64,000 nt of DNA, taken from Terriglobia bacterium (GTDB lineage Bacteria; Acidobacteriota; Terriglobia; UBA7540). The stretch covers positions 18,365 through 82,364 of the forward strand of contig JBEKNU010000002.1 of assembly GCA_049522495.1 (NCBI GenBank). Reading direction: 5' to 3'. This document shows positions 36,147-45,219 of the stretch, piece after piece. The position numbers and the translations under genes are program-made. How positions within the stretch are numbered: position 1 is the first letter of the stretch; every line of letters begins with the position of its first letter. The notes under the pieces were generated by a model, which was not told the origin of the DNA, ran no database searches, and saw only the letters and a list, made by a program, of their open reading frames with translations.

Positions 36147-36974
36147 GTGAAAAATAACGATCTTGGAGGGGATATGGGGGGGATACGGGCCAGGCTGGAG
36201 AGGTCCGCCCGCGACCTGCTGTACGGCAGCCGATGGTTCTTCCCTCTCCGCTCGGGTTATCAGTTCATTTTCAGCCGTGAGAAGCGGGCTTTTCGCCAGA
36301 AGATTTGCGAGTTCTACGCCGGGTTTGTCCACCGGGGCGATTTGGTATTTGACGTCGGAGCGAATATCGGCATGTACTCAGAGGTCTTCAGCGAACTGGG
36401 AGCGAACGTGGTGGCTGTCGAGCCGAACCCCGCCTGTTGCGGAAGACTCCGGCAATTAGCACGAACGCGCCCTGTCTCGGTCGAGTGTTGCGCGGTTGGA
36501 GACGTACCTGGCAGGAAAACCATGCACATCTGCGAGGACCCCCATCTCAGCACCCTCACGGATTACTGGCGTGACGCAGTGCAAAGGTCTCCACTGCATC
36601 GGGATGCCAGGTGGCTGGGGACAATGGAAGTCGAAGTTATCACTTTGGACCAACTGGCGGAGCGGTACGGCGTTCCGGCGTTCGTCAAGATCGATGTCGA
36701 AGGGTATGATGACCTTGTGCTCCGGGGAATGTCGTTTCGCCCTCAAGCGCTCAGCTTTGAGTATTATCACGAGATGTCAGAAGTAGCGGCACGTTGCTTG
36801 GGCGTGCTAGCGCGGGCCGGTGGTTTCCGGTTCAATTACGCCCGGGGACTGGACATGCATATGACGTCCGAAACCTGGATGCGGGCTGACGAGCTTCTCG
36901 AGCGGCTCGAAAAGCTGGCGGGAAACAACGAATACGGTGACGTATTCGCGCGGCGAGATGACGCGAAGGATTGA
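36147..36974 (+). CDS. FkbM-family methyltransferase
   Basis: ORF track. VFDVGANIGMYSEVFSELGANVVAVEPNP and FVKIDVEGYDDLVLRG are the FkbM-family signature blocks. Confidence 0.8.
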   Translation: MKNNDLGGDMGGIRARLERSARDLLYGSRWFFPLRSGYQFIFSREKRAFRQKICEFYAGFVHRGDLVFDVGANIGMYSEVFSELGANVVAVEPNPACCGRLRQLARTRPVSVECCAVGDVPGRKTMHICEDPHLSTLTDYWRDAVQRSPLHRDARWLGTMEVEVITLDQLAERYGVPAFVKIDVEGYDDLVLRGMSFRPQALSFEYYHEMSEVAARCLGVLARAGGFRFNYARGLDMHMTSETWMRADELLERLEKLAGNNEYGDVFARRDDAKD

Positions 36975-37002
36975 CGAATCTAGAGGCCAGAGTGCGTGAC
37001 AT

Positions 37003-38034
37003 ATGAACACTGAGAAGGTCGACTCAACCCAGGGCAGCCTAATGACTACGGCAACTTGTGCAAGAGCCGGCAACGCTCAACCCGATGGGGCCACATCCGA
37101 GGCTTCGTCCGCGCCCCGCTCATCAGCTCCGGAGAAGGGAACGCCTGTTAAATCGCAGTTAGCGCACGAGAAGTACCTCATGGTTACGCCCGCCTTCAAC
37201 GAAGAGAAGTTCATCGGGAAGATGATCGAGTCTATCGTCGCACAATCCATTCCGCCCTCCAAATGGATCATTGTAAATGACGGGTCAACTGACCGGACGG
37301 GAGAGATCATCGAGGGCTACAGGAGCAAATACCCCCTTATCGAGCAGCTGATGCTGCCCAAGCGGGATAAACGCCTGCCGGGCGGTGAGGCCGCAATCGA
37401 ATACGCCCTTAAGCAGATTGATCTTAAGGACTACGATTTCCTGGCTCGGTATGATGCTGATATCGTTTTCAGTGACGACTACGTTCAGCGGGTCCTGGAC
37501 GAATTCCACCGGGACGCCACACTCGGGATTGCTGGGGGTGAGCTTTCGTGGGACGCCAACGGCACTCTCATTCCCGAGAGGAGCCCGCGGTACCACGTCC
37601 GTGGAGCTCTCAAGATGTACAGGGTTCCATGCTTCCTCGATATCGGCGGGTTGAAGCCCTACATGGCGTGGGACACCATCGACGAAGTTTCGGCGTGGGT
37701 AAAGGGTTGGAAGACCAAAACTGTGGATGGGGCCAAGGCGGTCCATTTGAGACCCACGGGCTCGGCAATTCCAGCCCGGTCCCTATTTTGGGAGAGTGGA
37801 AAGATGGAATATTGGTCGTGGAGTCATCCCGCGTTCGTGCTTGCCAAGACGGCGAATCTGGCCGTTCGCACCTTGAGTCCAGTCAGGGCGGCTTCATATC
37901 TAGGCGCCTTCCTTTCCTGCTATTTCCTAAGGGTCGAAAGGATCCAAGATAAAGATTTCAAGAGGGTTAGAAGGCAGCAGCAGATCCGGAGGATGCTTGC
38001 GCTCGACATCAACGGACAGCGCGAAAAGATCTGA
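37003..38034 (+). CDS. glycosyltransferase family 2
   Basis: ORF track. YLMVTPAFNEEKFIGKMIESIVAQSIPPSKWIIVNDGSTDRTGEII; ARYDADIVF (DxD). The low-complexity N-terminal 55 aa make the start uncertain. Confidence 0.8.
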   Translation: MNTEKVDSTQGSLMTTATCARAGNAQPDGATSEASSAPRSSAPEKGTPVKSQLAHEKYLMVTPAFNEEKFIGKMIESIVAQSIPPSKWIIVNDGSTDRTGEIIEGYRSKYPLIEQLMLPKRDKRLPGGEAAIEYALKQIDLKDYDFLARYDADIVFSDDYVQRVLDEFHRDATLGIAGGELSWDANGTLIPERSPRYHVRGALKMYRVPCFLDIGGLKPYMAWDTIDEVSAWVKGWKTKTVDGAKAVHLRPTGSAIPARSLFWESGKMEYWSWSHPAFVLAKTANLAVRTLSPVRAASYLGAFLSCYFLRVERIQDKDFKRVRRQQQIRRMLALDINGQREKI

Positions 38035-38366
38035 CCTCCTGCACCGAGCAACATTCGAACCCAACAGAGAACCCAAGAGCCAAGTCGAATGAGACCCTCG
38101 CCCGCCCGTGGGAGCAGGTTGGGAGAAAACGTCAGGAAATGCCCCCTCTAAGCTACTGAAAACAAGTGCTGAAAAAATAAACAGCCATATAACACCATGA
38201 AAATACATTGGTTACCTGATGCTCGGGGAATACCCCCTAGCGGCGGGAAACCTTGGGATATCCACAATGGTCTAACCCTGATTTTGGCGATCAGCGCAAT
38301 CAAAATTTTCGCTAATGCGATACTTGGCACTGGGCTTTCAGCCCAACTAACAACAAAGGATAACTC

Positions 38367-39812
38367 ATGAGTGACGGTTCCACCCCACAAAAAACGAATC
38401 TTCATGATGCCACCATTACTATCCTGGGCTTAGGCCATATCGGGCTTCCCACCGCCCTGGGATTAGCGGAATTGGGGCGGCGAGTTATTGGCGCCGATGA
38501 CGATGCCAAGAAGGTGGCCCGCATACGGGCGGGAGATCCGATTTTTTTTGAGCCCGGCCTCGGCGAATTGTTAACCAAACACCTCAAGAGCGGCAAATTC
38601 CAGCCCGTCGAAGATGTGGGAGCGGCGGTGCAATCCGGCTCCATCATCTTCATCTGCGTGGGCACGCCCCAGAAAGCTAGCGGCCAGGCCGACCTCGGCC
38701 AGGTGGAAGCGGTGGCGCGGGTGGTGGCACGCAATTTAAACGGATACAAACTCATCGTCGAAAAAAGCACCGTTCCGGCCATCACGGCACAGTGGCTGAA
38801 GCGGTCGATTGTGCGCTATAACCTCGGGAAAACGCCCGTGGCGGCGGGTGAGTCGACCTCCGGCCAGGGTTCCCCGGCCCCCTTGGATTTTGATGTCGCC
38901 TCCAATCCCGAATTCCTCCGCGAAGGCAAGGCCGTGGAGGATTTCTTCCATCCCGACCGCATCGTGTGCGGGGTGGAATCCGAGCGGGCGCGCGAGATCT
39001 TGACAACCCTGTATACCCCTTTACAACGGCCGATTGTGGTGACCGACACGAGCACCGCCGAGCTGATTAAACACGCCGCCAACGCCTTTCTGTCCATGAA
39101 GATATCGTTTATCAACATGGTGTCAGACCTGTGCGAGAAGGTGGGTGCAGATGTCACGGCGGTGGCGCGGGGCATCGGACTGGATTCCCGCATTGGACGG
39201 CAGTTCCTTGACGCCGGAATCGGCTACGGCGGTTACTGTTTCCCCAAAGACCTGCGCGCCTTCATTCACCTGGCGGAGGAGCACGGCGCGGATTTTTCGC
39301 TGCTTCAGGAAGTGGAGCGCATCAACCAACGCCGTGTGGACGTCTTTGTGCGCAAGGTCCGCCAGGCGCTCTGGACCCTGTCGGGGAAAACCCTGGGCAT
39401 TCTGGGATTGGCTTTCAAGGCCGGCACCGATGACATGCGGGAAGCGGTCAGCCTGAAGATCATCCAAGCCTTGCTCGACGAGGGAAGCATCCTGCGCCTG
39501 TACGATCCCGAAGCCATGCCCAACACCCAGCAAGTGTTTCCCGCCACGACCAAAAACCTCACTTACTGTTCATCGGCCTATGAGGCGGGGCAGGGCACGC
39601 AGGCCCTGCTTCTCCTGACCGAGTGGGAAGAATTCCGCCAGTTGGACCTCTTACGAATGCGCGGCCTGATGGAAGTGCCCGTATTGGTGGACGGTAGAAA
39701 CCTTTTTGATCCGGGCACCGTCCGCAAAGCAGGCTTCGAGTATGTTTCCATGGGCCGGGATGGGGCGATCCTTGCGGGTCTTCCCGCCCAGCCGGGAACA
39801 GCCACTCCCTAA
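38367..39812 (+). CDS. ugd: UDP-glucose 6-dehydrogenase
   Basis: ORF track. [50 protein letters not shown] (catalytic Cys), [11 protein letters not shown]. Confidence 0.9.
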   Translation: MSDGSTPQKTNLHDATITILGLGHIGLPTALGLAELGRRVIGADDDAKKVARIRAGDPIFFEPGLGELLTKHLKSGKFQPVEDVGAAVQSGSIIFICVGTPQKASGQADLGQVEAVARVVARNLNGYKLIVEKSTVPAITAQWLKRSIVRYNLGKTPVAAGESTSGQGSPAPLDFDVASNPEFLREGKAVEDFFHPDRIVCGVESERAREILTTLYTPLQRPIVVTDTSTAELIKHAANAFLSMKISFINMVSDLCEKVGADVTAVARGIGLDSRIGRQFLDAGIGYGGYCFPKDLRAFIHLAEEHGADFSLLQEVERINQRRVDVFVRKVRQALWTLSGKTLGILGLAFKAGTDDMREAVSLKIIQALLDEGSILRLYDPEAMPNTQQVFPATTKNLTYCSSAYEAGQGTQALLLLTEWEEFRQLDLLRMRGLMEVPVLVDGRNLFDPGTVRKAGFEYVSMGRDGAILAGLPAQPGTATP

Positions 39813-39849
39813 TGTGGACCACGTAGGACCGGGAGACAAAAAACCCTAT

Positions 39850-40902
39850 ATGTCGAACGCCATGCCTAGCGAGAATTTCCGGCCGCTGACCTTGGTCACG
39901 GGCGGGGCAGGTTTCTTAGGTTCGCATCTCTGCGACCGCCTCCTGGTAGAGGGCCATGAGGTCATCTGCCTCGACAATCTCATCACCGGGCGGAAGGAGA
40001 ATATCCAGCACCTTCTCGTCCATCCGCATTTCCACTTTCTGCTTCACGACGTGACGCGGCCGATTGACTTGCCGGCCTTGCTCGCCGCAGCCCCGGGGCC
40101 CGCCTTCGCTCCCCGGCCGCTCAGTTACCTCTTGCACTTTGCCTCGCCGGCGAGCCCCAAGGACTACGCTCGACACCCGATTCACACCCTCAAGGTGGGA
40201 GCGCTGGGGACTTACCATGCCCTGGGGCTGGCGAAGGCCCAGGGAAGCGTCTTCTTGTTGGCCTCCACCTCGGAGATTTACGGCGACCCGGAGATCAGCC
40301 CGCAGCCGGAGAAGTATTGGGGGCACGTGAACCCCATCGGTCCGCGCAGCGTTTACGACGAAGCCAAGCGGTTTGCGGAGGCCATCAGCATGGCTTATTA
40401 CCGTGAGCACGGGGTCAAGGTGCGCATCGTCCGGATCTTCAACACCTACGGCGAACGCATGCGCCTGGAGGATGGGCGCGCCCTGCCCAATTTCATGGTC
40501 CAGGCGCTGGAGGGCAAACCCTTGACCGTGTATGGAAAGGGCAGCCAGACGCGCAGCTTGTGTTATGTCAGCGATCTGGTGGAGGGGCTCTACCGCCTGC
40601 TGATCTCCGGCCAGACCGGACCCATCAATTTGGGAAACCCCGAAGAGGTTTCCATGCTGCAACTCGCGGAGGCGATCCTAAAGGCCACGCAGAGTAAAAG
40701 TTCGATCACCTTTGAACCCCTCCCCGAGGATGACCCGCAGCGCCGCCAACCGGATATCACCGCCGCCCGGGAAAAACTGGGATGGGAGCCCCGCGTCAGT
40801 TTGGAAAACGGCCTGGCCAAGACGCTCCCCTATTTCCAGTCCGCATTGCGGAATCCCCCGCGGCCCGCTGATCCCATCTCTCTCTTGCCCGTGGACTTTT
40901 AG
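39850..40902 (+). CDS. UDP-glucuronate decarboxylase (UDP-xylose synthase-like SDR)
   Basis: Frame of ORF 39706..40902. ATG 39850. [33 protein letters not shown] (YxxxK), [22 protein letters not shown]. Confidence 0.85.
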   Translation: MSNAMPSENFRPLTLVTGGAGFLGSHLCDRLLVEGHEVICLDNLITGRKENIQHLLVHPHFHFLLHDVTRPIDLPALLAAAPGPAFAPRPLSYLLHFASPASPKDYARHPIHTLKVGALGTYHALGLAKAQGSVFLLASTSEIYGDPEISPQPEKYWGHVNPIGPRSVYDEAKRFAEAISMAYYREHGVKVRIVRIFNTYGERMRLEDGRALPNFMVQALEGKPLTVYGKGSQTRSLCYVSDLVEGLYRLLISGQTGPINLGNPEEVSMLQLAEAILKATQSKSSITFEPLPEDDPQRRQPDITAAREKLGWEPRVSLENGLAKTLPYFQSALRNPPRPADPISLLPVDF

Positions 40903-41053
40903 AGGTGCGGGCAGCGCTTCTAAAGGGGAGGGTGGCCCTTGAGGTGTGGCATCGGATATTCGTTGATGGAGGCCTCATTCCGAGTCTGACAGGAATCGAC
41001 CGGCCAATCAATCCGACGTCAAATCTTCTATCCAACCGTCAGAGCGGAGTTGC

Positions 41054-42712
41054 ATGATCGGCGTATTGTCAAAAGACGGCGAGGCGAGGGCGGTACAGGA
41101 GTTCTTTCAATTATTCAAAACGCCCTGGGAGTCTTGCATTCCGGGTAAAGGCTATGACCTCGTCATCACAACTCGGGAGGAAATTCCACAAGACCTCAAT
41201 GCCCGCGCACTAGTGATTTACCAATCGCACGCCATCCCATTCGATGATCAAACGGGCGTGGTGACGGAATCCGGAAAAAGAAGCGATTGGGTGGAATGGG
41301 ACGGCATTGAGTTCCCCGTGTACGGAGACTTGGCGGCGTTTCAGTCCGCTGGGCGGCCATTGCTGAGGCGCAGGCAGACATTGGAGACGGTGGGGAGCAT
41401 CGTCGGAGGGGCAGAACGGCCCACCGCGCGCATCGGGCTTGATTTGTTTTGTGAAGTTGCCTTCTTGCTCACCCAGGGCCAGCCGGCGGAGAACGCCCGA
41501 ATCCCGACCTTGGATATTCACATCTCGCTCCTTCGGGCGGTCATGGTGAGTCTGGGGGTTCCGTTCGTTGAGGTTCCGCCCGCACCGGCCGGCTATGACT
41601 TCATGGGATGTCTCACCCATGATGTTGACTTCGTCGGCATCCGTGATCATAAGTGGGACCACACCATGTGGGGATTTCTTTATCGGTGCTTGGTCGATTC
41701 GACTCTGCGCGCCCTAAGAGGCAGACTTTCCTGGTCCAAATGTTTTCAGAATTGGACGGCTGCCTTGTCTCTCCCCTTGGTTTATCTGGGTTTGCGAGAT
41801 GATTTCTGGCTGGAGTTCGAGCGGTACACGGAAATTGAAAGAGAGTTCGGTTCAACGTTTTTTCTTATTCCCTTCAAGGACGTCGCGGGGACCCGGGGGT
41901 CCATTCCCGCGCCCAGGCGCCGGGCTGCGAAGTATGATGTCGGGGAGATAAGGGAGCAGATCCTCGATCTGATAGAAAATGGCTGTGAGGTTGGCCTTCA
42001 TGGGATTGATGCTTGGCAGAACCTCCAGAGTGCTCAATCCGAGCAAACCCGGATTCGCGAGATAACGGGACAATCGGGCTTGGGAACTCGTATGCATTGG
42101 CTTTATTGGGCAGAAAGCTCGCCCAAGACTCTCGAGGAGGCGGGCTTAGAGTACGATTCGACTTTTGGTTACAACGACGCGGTGGGCTTCCGCGCGGGAA
42201 CAACTCAGGCATTCTGTCCCTTGGTTGCTGAACGCCTGCTTGAGCTTCCGATGATTATTCAGGACTCCGCGATGTTCTACTCGGGTCGGATGAAGTTGTC
42301 GGAAAGTGATGCTCTGAGTGCTTGCAAGGAGCTCATTCACTCCGCGTTCTTGTCGGGTGGTGCGCTTACGGTGAACTGGCACACGAGGAGCTTGTCTCCG
42401 GAGAGACTCTGGGGAGACTTCTATGCGAAGCTGCTGAAGGAGATGCAGACGTATCGCGTATGGTTCGGGACAGCGAAGGAAATTGTCGGGTGGTTCCGAG
42501 AAAGGCGCGCGCTGCGCTTTGATTCCGTGCAGTTTGGAGAAAGCAGCGCGTCTGTGGCGCTGGCTAGCGCAGCCGGGGGTTCGGAGCCCTCGCTCACCGT
42601 GAGAATTCACCATCCGAGATTCGCGGCGGATCAGCCTGGCTCTCCCGCTCATATGCCCGCCCATAAGGACAAGCAGTGGAACGGGGAGGGTGTCGTGGAA
42701 ATTCCGTACTGA
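41054..42712 (+). CDS. large polysaccharide-deacetylase-like (CE4/NodB-like) protein, paralog 1
   Basis: ORF track. GCLTHDVDFVG, NGCEVGLHGIDAW and TRMHWLYW resemble the Asp-Asp / His / Arg blocks of NodB-type esterases. The N-terminal ~190 aa are unassigned. Assignment by eye only. Confidence 0.5.
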   Translation: MIGVLSKDGEARAVQEFFQLFKTPWESCIPGKGYDLVITTREEIPQDLNARALVIYQSHAIPFDDQTGVVTESGKRSDWVEWDGIEFPVYGDLAAFQSAGRPLLRRRQTLETVGSIVGGAERPTARIGLDLFCEVAFLLTQGQPAENARIPTLDIHISLLRAVMVSLGVPFVEVPPAPAGYDFMGCLTHDVDFVGIRDHKWDHTMWGFLYRCLVDSTLRALRGRLSWSKCFQNWTAALSLPLVYLGLRDDFWLEFERYTEIEREFGSTFFLIPFKDVAGTRGSIPAPRRRAAKYDVGEIREQILDLIENGCEVGLHGIDAWQNLQSAQSEQTRIREITGQSGLGTRMHWLYWAESSPKTLEEAGLEYDSTFGYNDAVGFRAGTTQAFCPLVAERLLELPMIIQDSAMFYSGRMKLSESDALSACKELIHSAFLSGGALTVNWHTRSLSPERLWGDFYAKLLKEMQTYRVWFGTAKEIVGWFRERRALRFDSVQFGESSASVALASAAGGSEPSLTVRIHHPRFAADQPGSPAHMPAHKDKQWNGEGVVEIPY

Positions 42713-43146
42713 GAACCCGGTGCGACGTTGACCATGATATTGTCGGATGCTGCGGATGGAGTCGGTAGTCGTTCTGGCCCTCACCTGTCACGTCCCAAGG
42801 CATTTGGGCTTGTCGCGCTGGTCAACCACTTATTCCCCTGTATACGCTCCGCCGCCTTCACTCATCTCCGGGCGGAAATCTGCCGATTCAAGCTGGAGTG
42901 CGGCTCGGGTGAGGCTTCTGAAAGAGTCTAATGTCACAAGGGCTGTGAAGTGGGCAATCCCGCCGGCAATAGTGGCAAGGGAGGCCGCGATTGAGAACGA
43001 CTTCCCATTTGCGAATGTACGGTCATACGGTACACTACACGACGAAGTTTCGGCAGTGGTTGGCGCTGACGTGGACGGAGTAGCTGAGTAAACAGGTTTT
43101 CAGCCGTCTCTGACCCTTCACCTGAGTCAGGGTTGAAAGACCATGG

Positions 43147-44511
43147 TTGAGCATGATGAAACAATCTAACAAGGTGATTATCGATCACCTCCGCTGCCCT
43201 GACGATTTGGTGCAGATAGGAATGATAGGGGAGCTGTCTCGGGACCCTGGATTCTTCAATTTCGGTAGCGATGTCCTCTGCTACGGGAAATGTTCCGCAC
43301 TCACCCCCAGCCGGAAATTTAGCCCGCCATTACCTGACGCTCTGGAGCATGCTCAGGTCGACCAAGGGGTTGTGTCTCTTCCTTTTGATTTGACCGAGGT
43401 TGTCGAAGCCTTCCGCCGGGAAGAATACACCGCCGCTCTAGGGCATAAGGCGCGCCATTGGGCGCAGAATCCCGTTTTACGGATGGGCTATTACGTGGCA
43501 CGGCCTTTACTGCCGGTCCCGGTTCGCAAGCATCTTCAGAGGCTTGCCTTGCGCGGATGGGACAAACAACCTTTTCCTCACTGGCCGGTGGATACGACCG
43601 TCGAGCAGATTCTAGAGTCCCTGGTCGGATTGATCCTCCGGGAGAGCAAGGACCAGGCTTTGCCTTTTATTTGGTTTTGGCCGGAAGGGAAGCTAGCCTG
43701 CGCGGTCATGACTCACGACGTGGAGACGGCCGAAGGCAGAGATTTCTGTAAGAGTCTCATGGACGTTGATGACTCCTTTGGGATCAAGGCGTCATTCCAA
43801 GTTGTTCCGGAACGCCGGTATAAAGTTCCGGAGACCTACCTGACCAGCATCACCCAACGCGGATTCGAGGTGAATGTCCAGGACCTGAATCACGATGGGC
43901 GACTGTTTGACAAATATGAGGAGTTCCAACGCCGGACGAAAGCCATCAACGCATATGCTGGCGCTTTCAAGGCAGTGGGTTTTAGGTCCGCCGTTTTATA
44001 TCGCAATGCTGATTGGTTGAACTCGCTATCCTTCGAATATGACATGTCGATTCCCAATGTTGCCCATCTCGATCCCCAGGCGGGTGGATGCTGTACGGTT
44101 TTTCCTTATTTCGTAGGAGACATCTTGGAGATCCCCGTGACGACGATCCAGGACTATTCACTTTTCCACATTCTCCGAGACTATTCCCTGGATCTCTGGA
44201 AAGAGCAAAGCAGCCGTATCCAGGAGAGGCACGGGGTCATGAACTTTATCATCCATCCGGATTATGTGACCGGGGATCGGGAAATGCGAGTGTTTAAGGA
44301 CCTACTGGCGTATCTTGCCGAGTTGCGTGCCAAGGCTGGCTTATGGATTCCGCTGCCGCGCGAGCTCAGCGAATGGTGGAAGCAGAGGAGCCGGATGCAA
44401 ATTGTCAAAAGCGCGAGCGGTTGGGAGATTGTAGGAGAAGGCAAGGAACGGGCGCGACTCGCATACGCGCGATGGGTGAACGGGAAGCTGGTTTACGACC
44501 TCAAAGCCTAA
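43147..44511 (+). CDS. polysaccharide-deacetylase-like (CE4/NodB-like) protein, paralog 2
   Basis: ORF track. CAVMTHDVETAEG, GFEVNVQDLNHDG, FRSAVLY. Same block order as 41054..42712. Confidence 0.5.
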   Translation: MSMMKQSNKVIIDHLRCPDDLVQIGMIGELSRDPGFFNFGSDVLCYGKCSALTPSRKFSPPLPDALEHAQVDQGVVSLPFDLTEVVEAFRREEYTAALGHKARHWAQNPVLRMGYYVARPLLPVPVRKHLQRLALRGWDKQPFPHWPVDTTVEQILESLVGLILRESKDQALPFIWFWPEGKLACAVMTHDVETAEGRDFCKSLMDVDDSFGIKASFQVVPERRYKVPETYLTSITQRGFEVNVQDLNHDGRLFDKYEEFQRRTKAINAYAGAFKAVGFRSAVLYRNADWLNSLSFEYDMSIPNVAHLDPQAGGCCTVFPYFVGDILEIPVTTIQDYSLFHILRDYSLDLWKEQSSRIQERHGVMNFIIHPDYVTGDREMRVFKDLLAYLAELRAKAGLWIPLPRELSEWWKQRSRMQIVKSASGWEIVGEGKERARLAYARWVNGKLVYDLKA

Positions 44512-45219
44512 GCATCGCCTCCCGGTGGAGTGAGGGAATATTTCGGTGGCGGTTCCGGACCGTGGCCGCAGCCAGTAACCCCGGACAAGGGCATTACCGT
44601 CCGCAGGGCTTTTCGACTTGGTGCCTGATACCAGTACCTCCTCTACCTTAGCGTCTCAGCGAACTCACCGCCCCTCTTGACCATAATCCCTGACGACTCC
44701 CCGCTGTCGGCAGATCACAATAGCTGTGCGGATATTGTCTCTCGGACGCAGTTGGCCATCAACCACGCGTTTCTTCCCTCGCATGCCACCCATCCAAGGT
44801 CTGCCCCCCCTCGGAATTGCTGAAATCCTCCTCAAGCATGCCGTTTCGTGCAAGGGATTTCATGCGCTCACGCCAAATCCCCGTCAAGGGTTGATTTAAC
44901 AACCCTTTAACATAAGTCTGTTGAAAAATGAAATAAAATGCAATCAGGGGCGTGAAAGAGCCCCGAATGACCATAGGGAATCTATTGGACTTTGATATTT
45001 TCCTCCCAACGCGAAACCGGCCAGCGGTTTTGGCTCAATCCGTCACTCTGCGGCTTTCGGGATCTCGTTTGCCGAGGCGTTCCCTTGTGGTAAATCCAAG
45101 CAACAACCGTGGTAAAATTTGAAGGATCGCGGAGTGTTTGTTGGAGGATGCGAAACCCACGTCAAAGTGCGGTTTTCGCGGGCGGAGGCTGGAAGTTCCT
45201 ACCGGCGTAATGTCCGTTT

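Noticed and set aside
43125-43134. Third occurrence of AGTCAGGGTT, also present in leaders A (about 9085) and B (about 14653), just upstream of the second CE4-like gene
   Set aside because: It is a single 10-mer with no flanking similarity. It could be chance in 128 kb of two-strand sequence.
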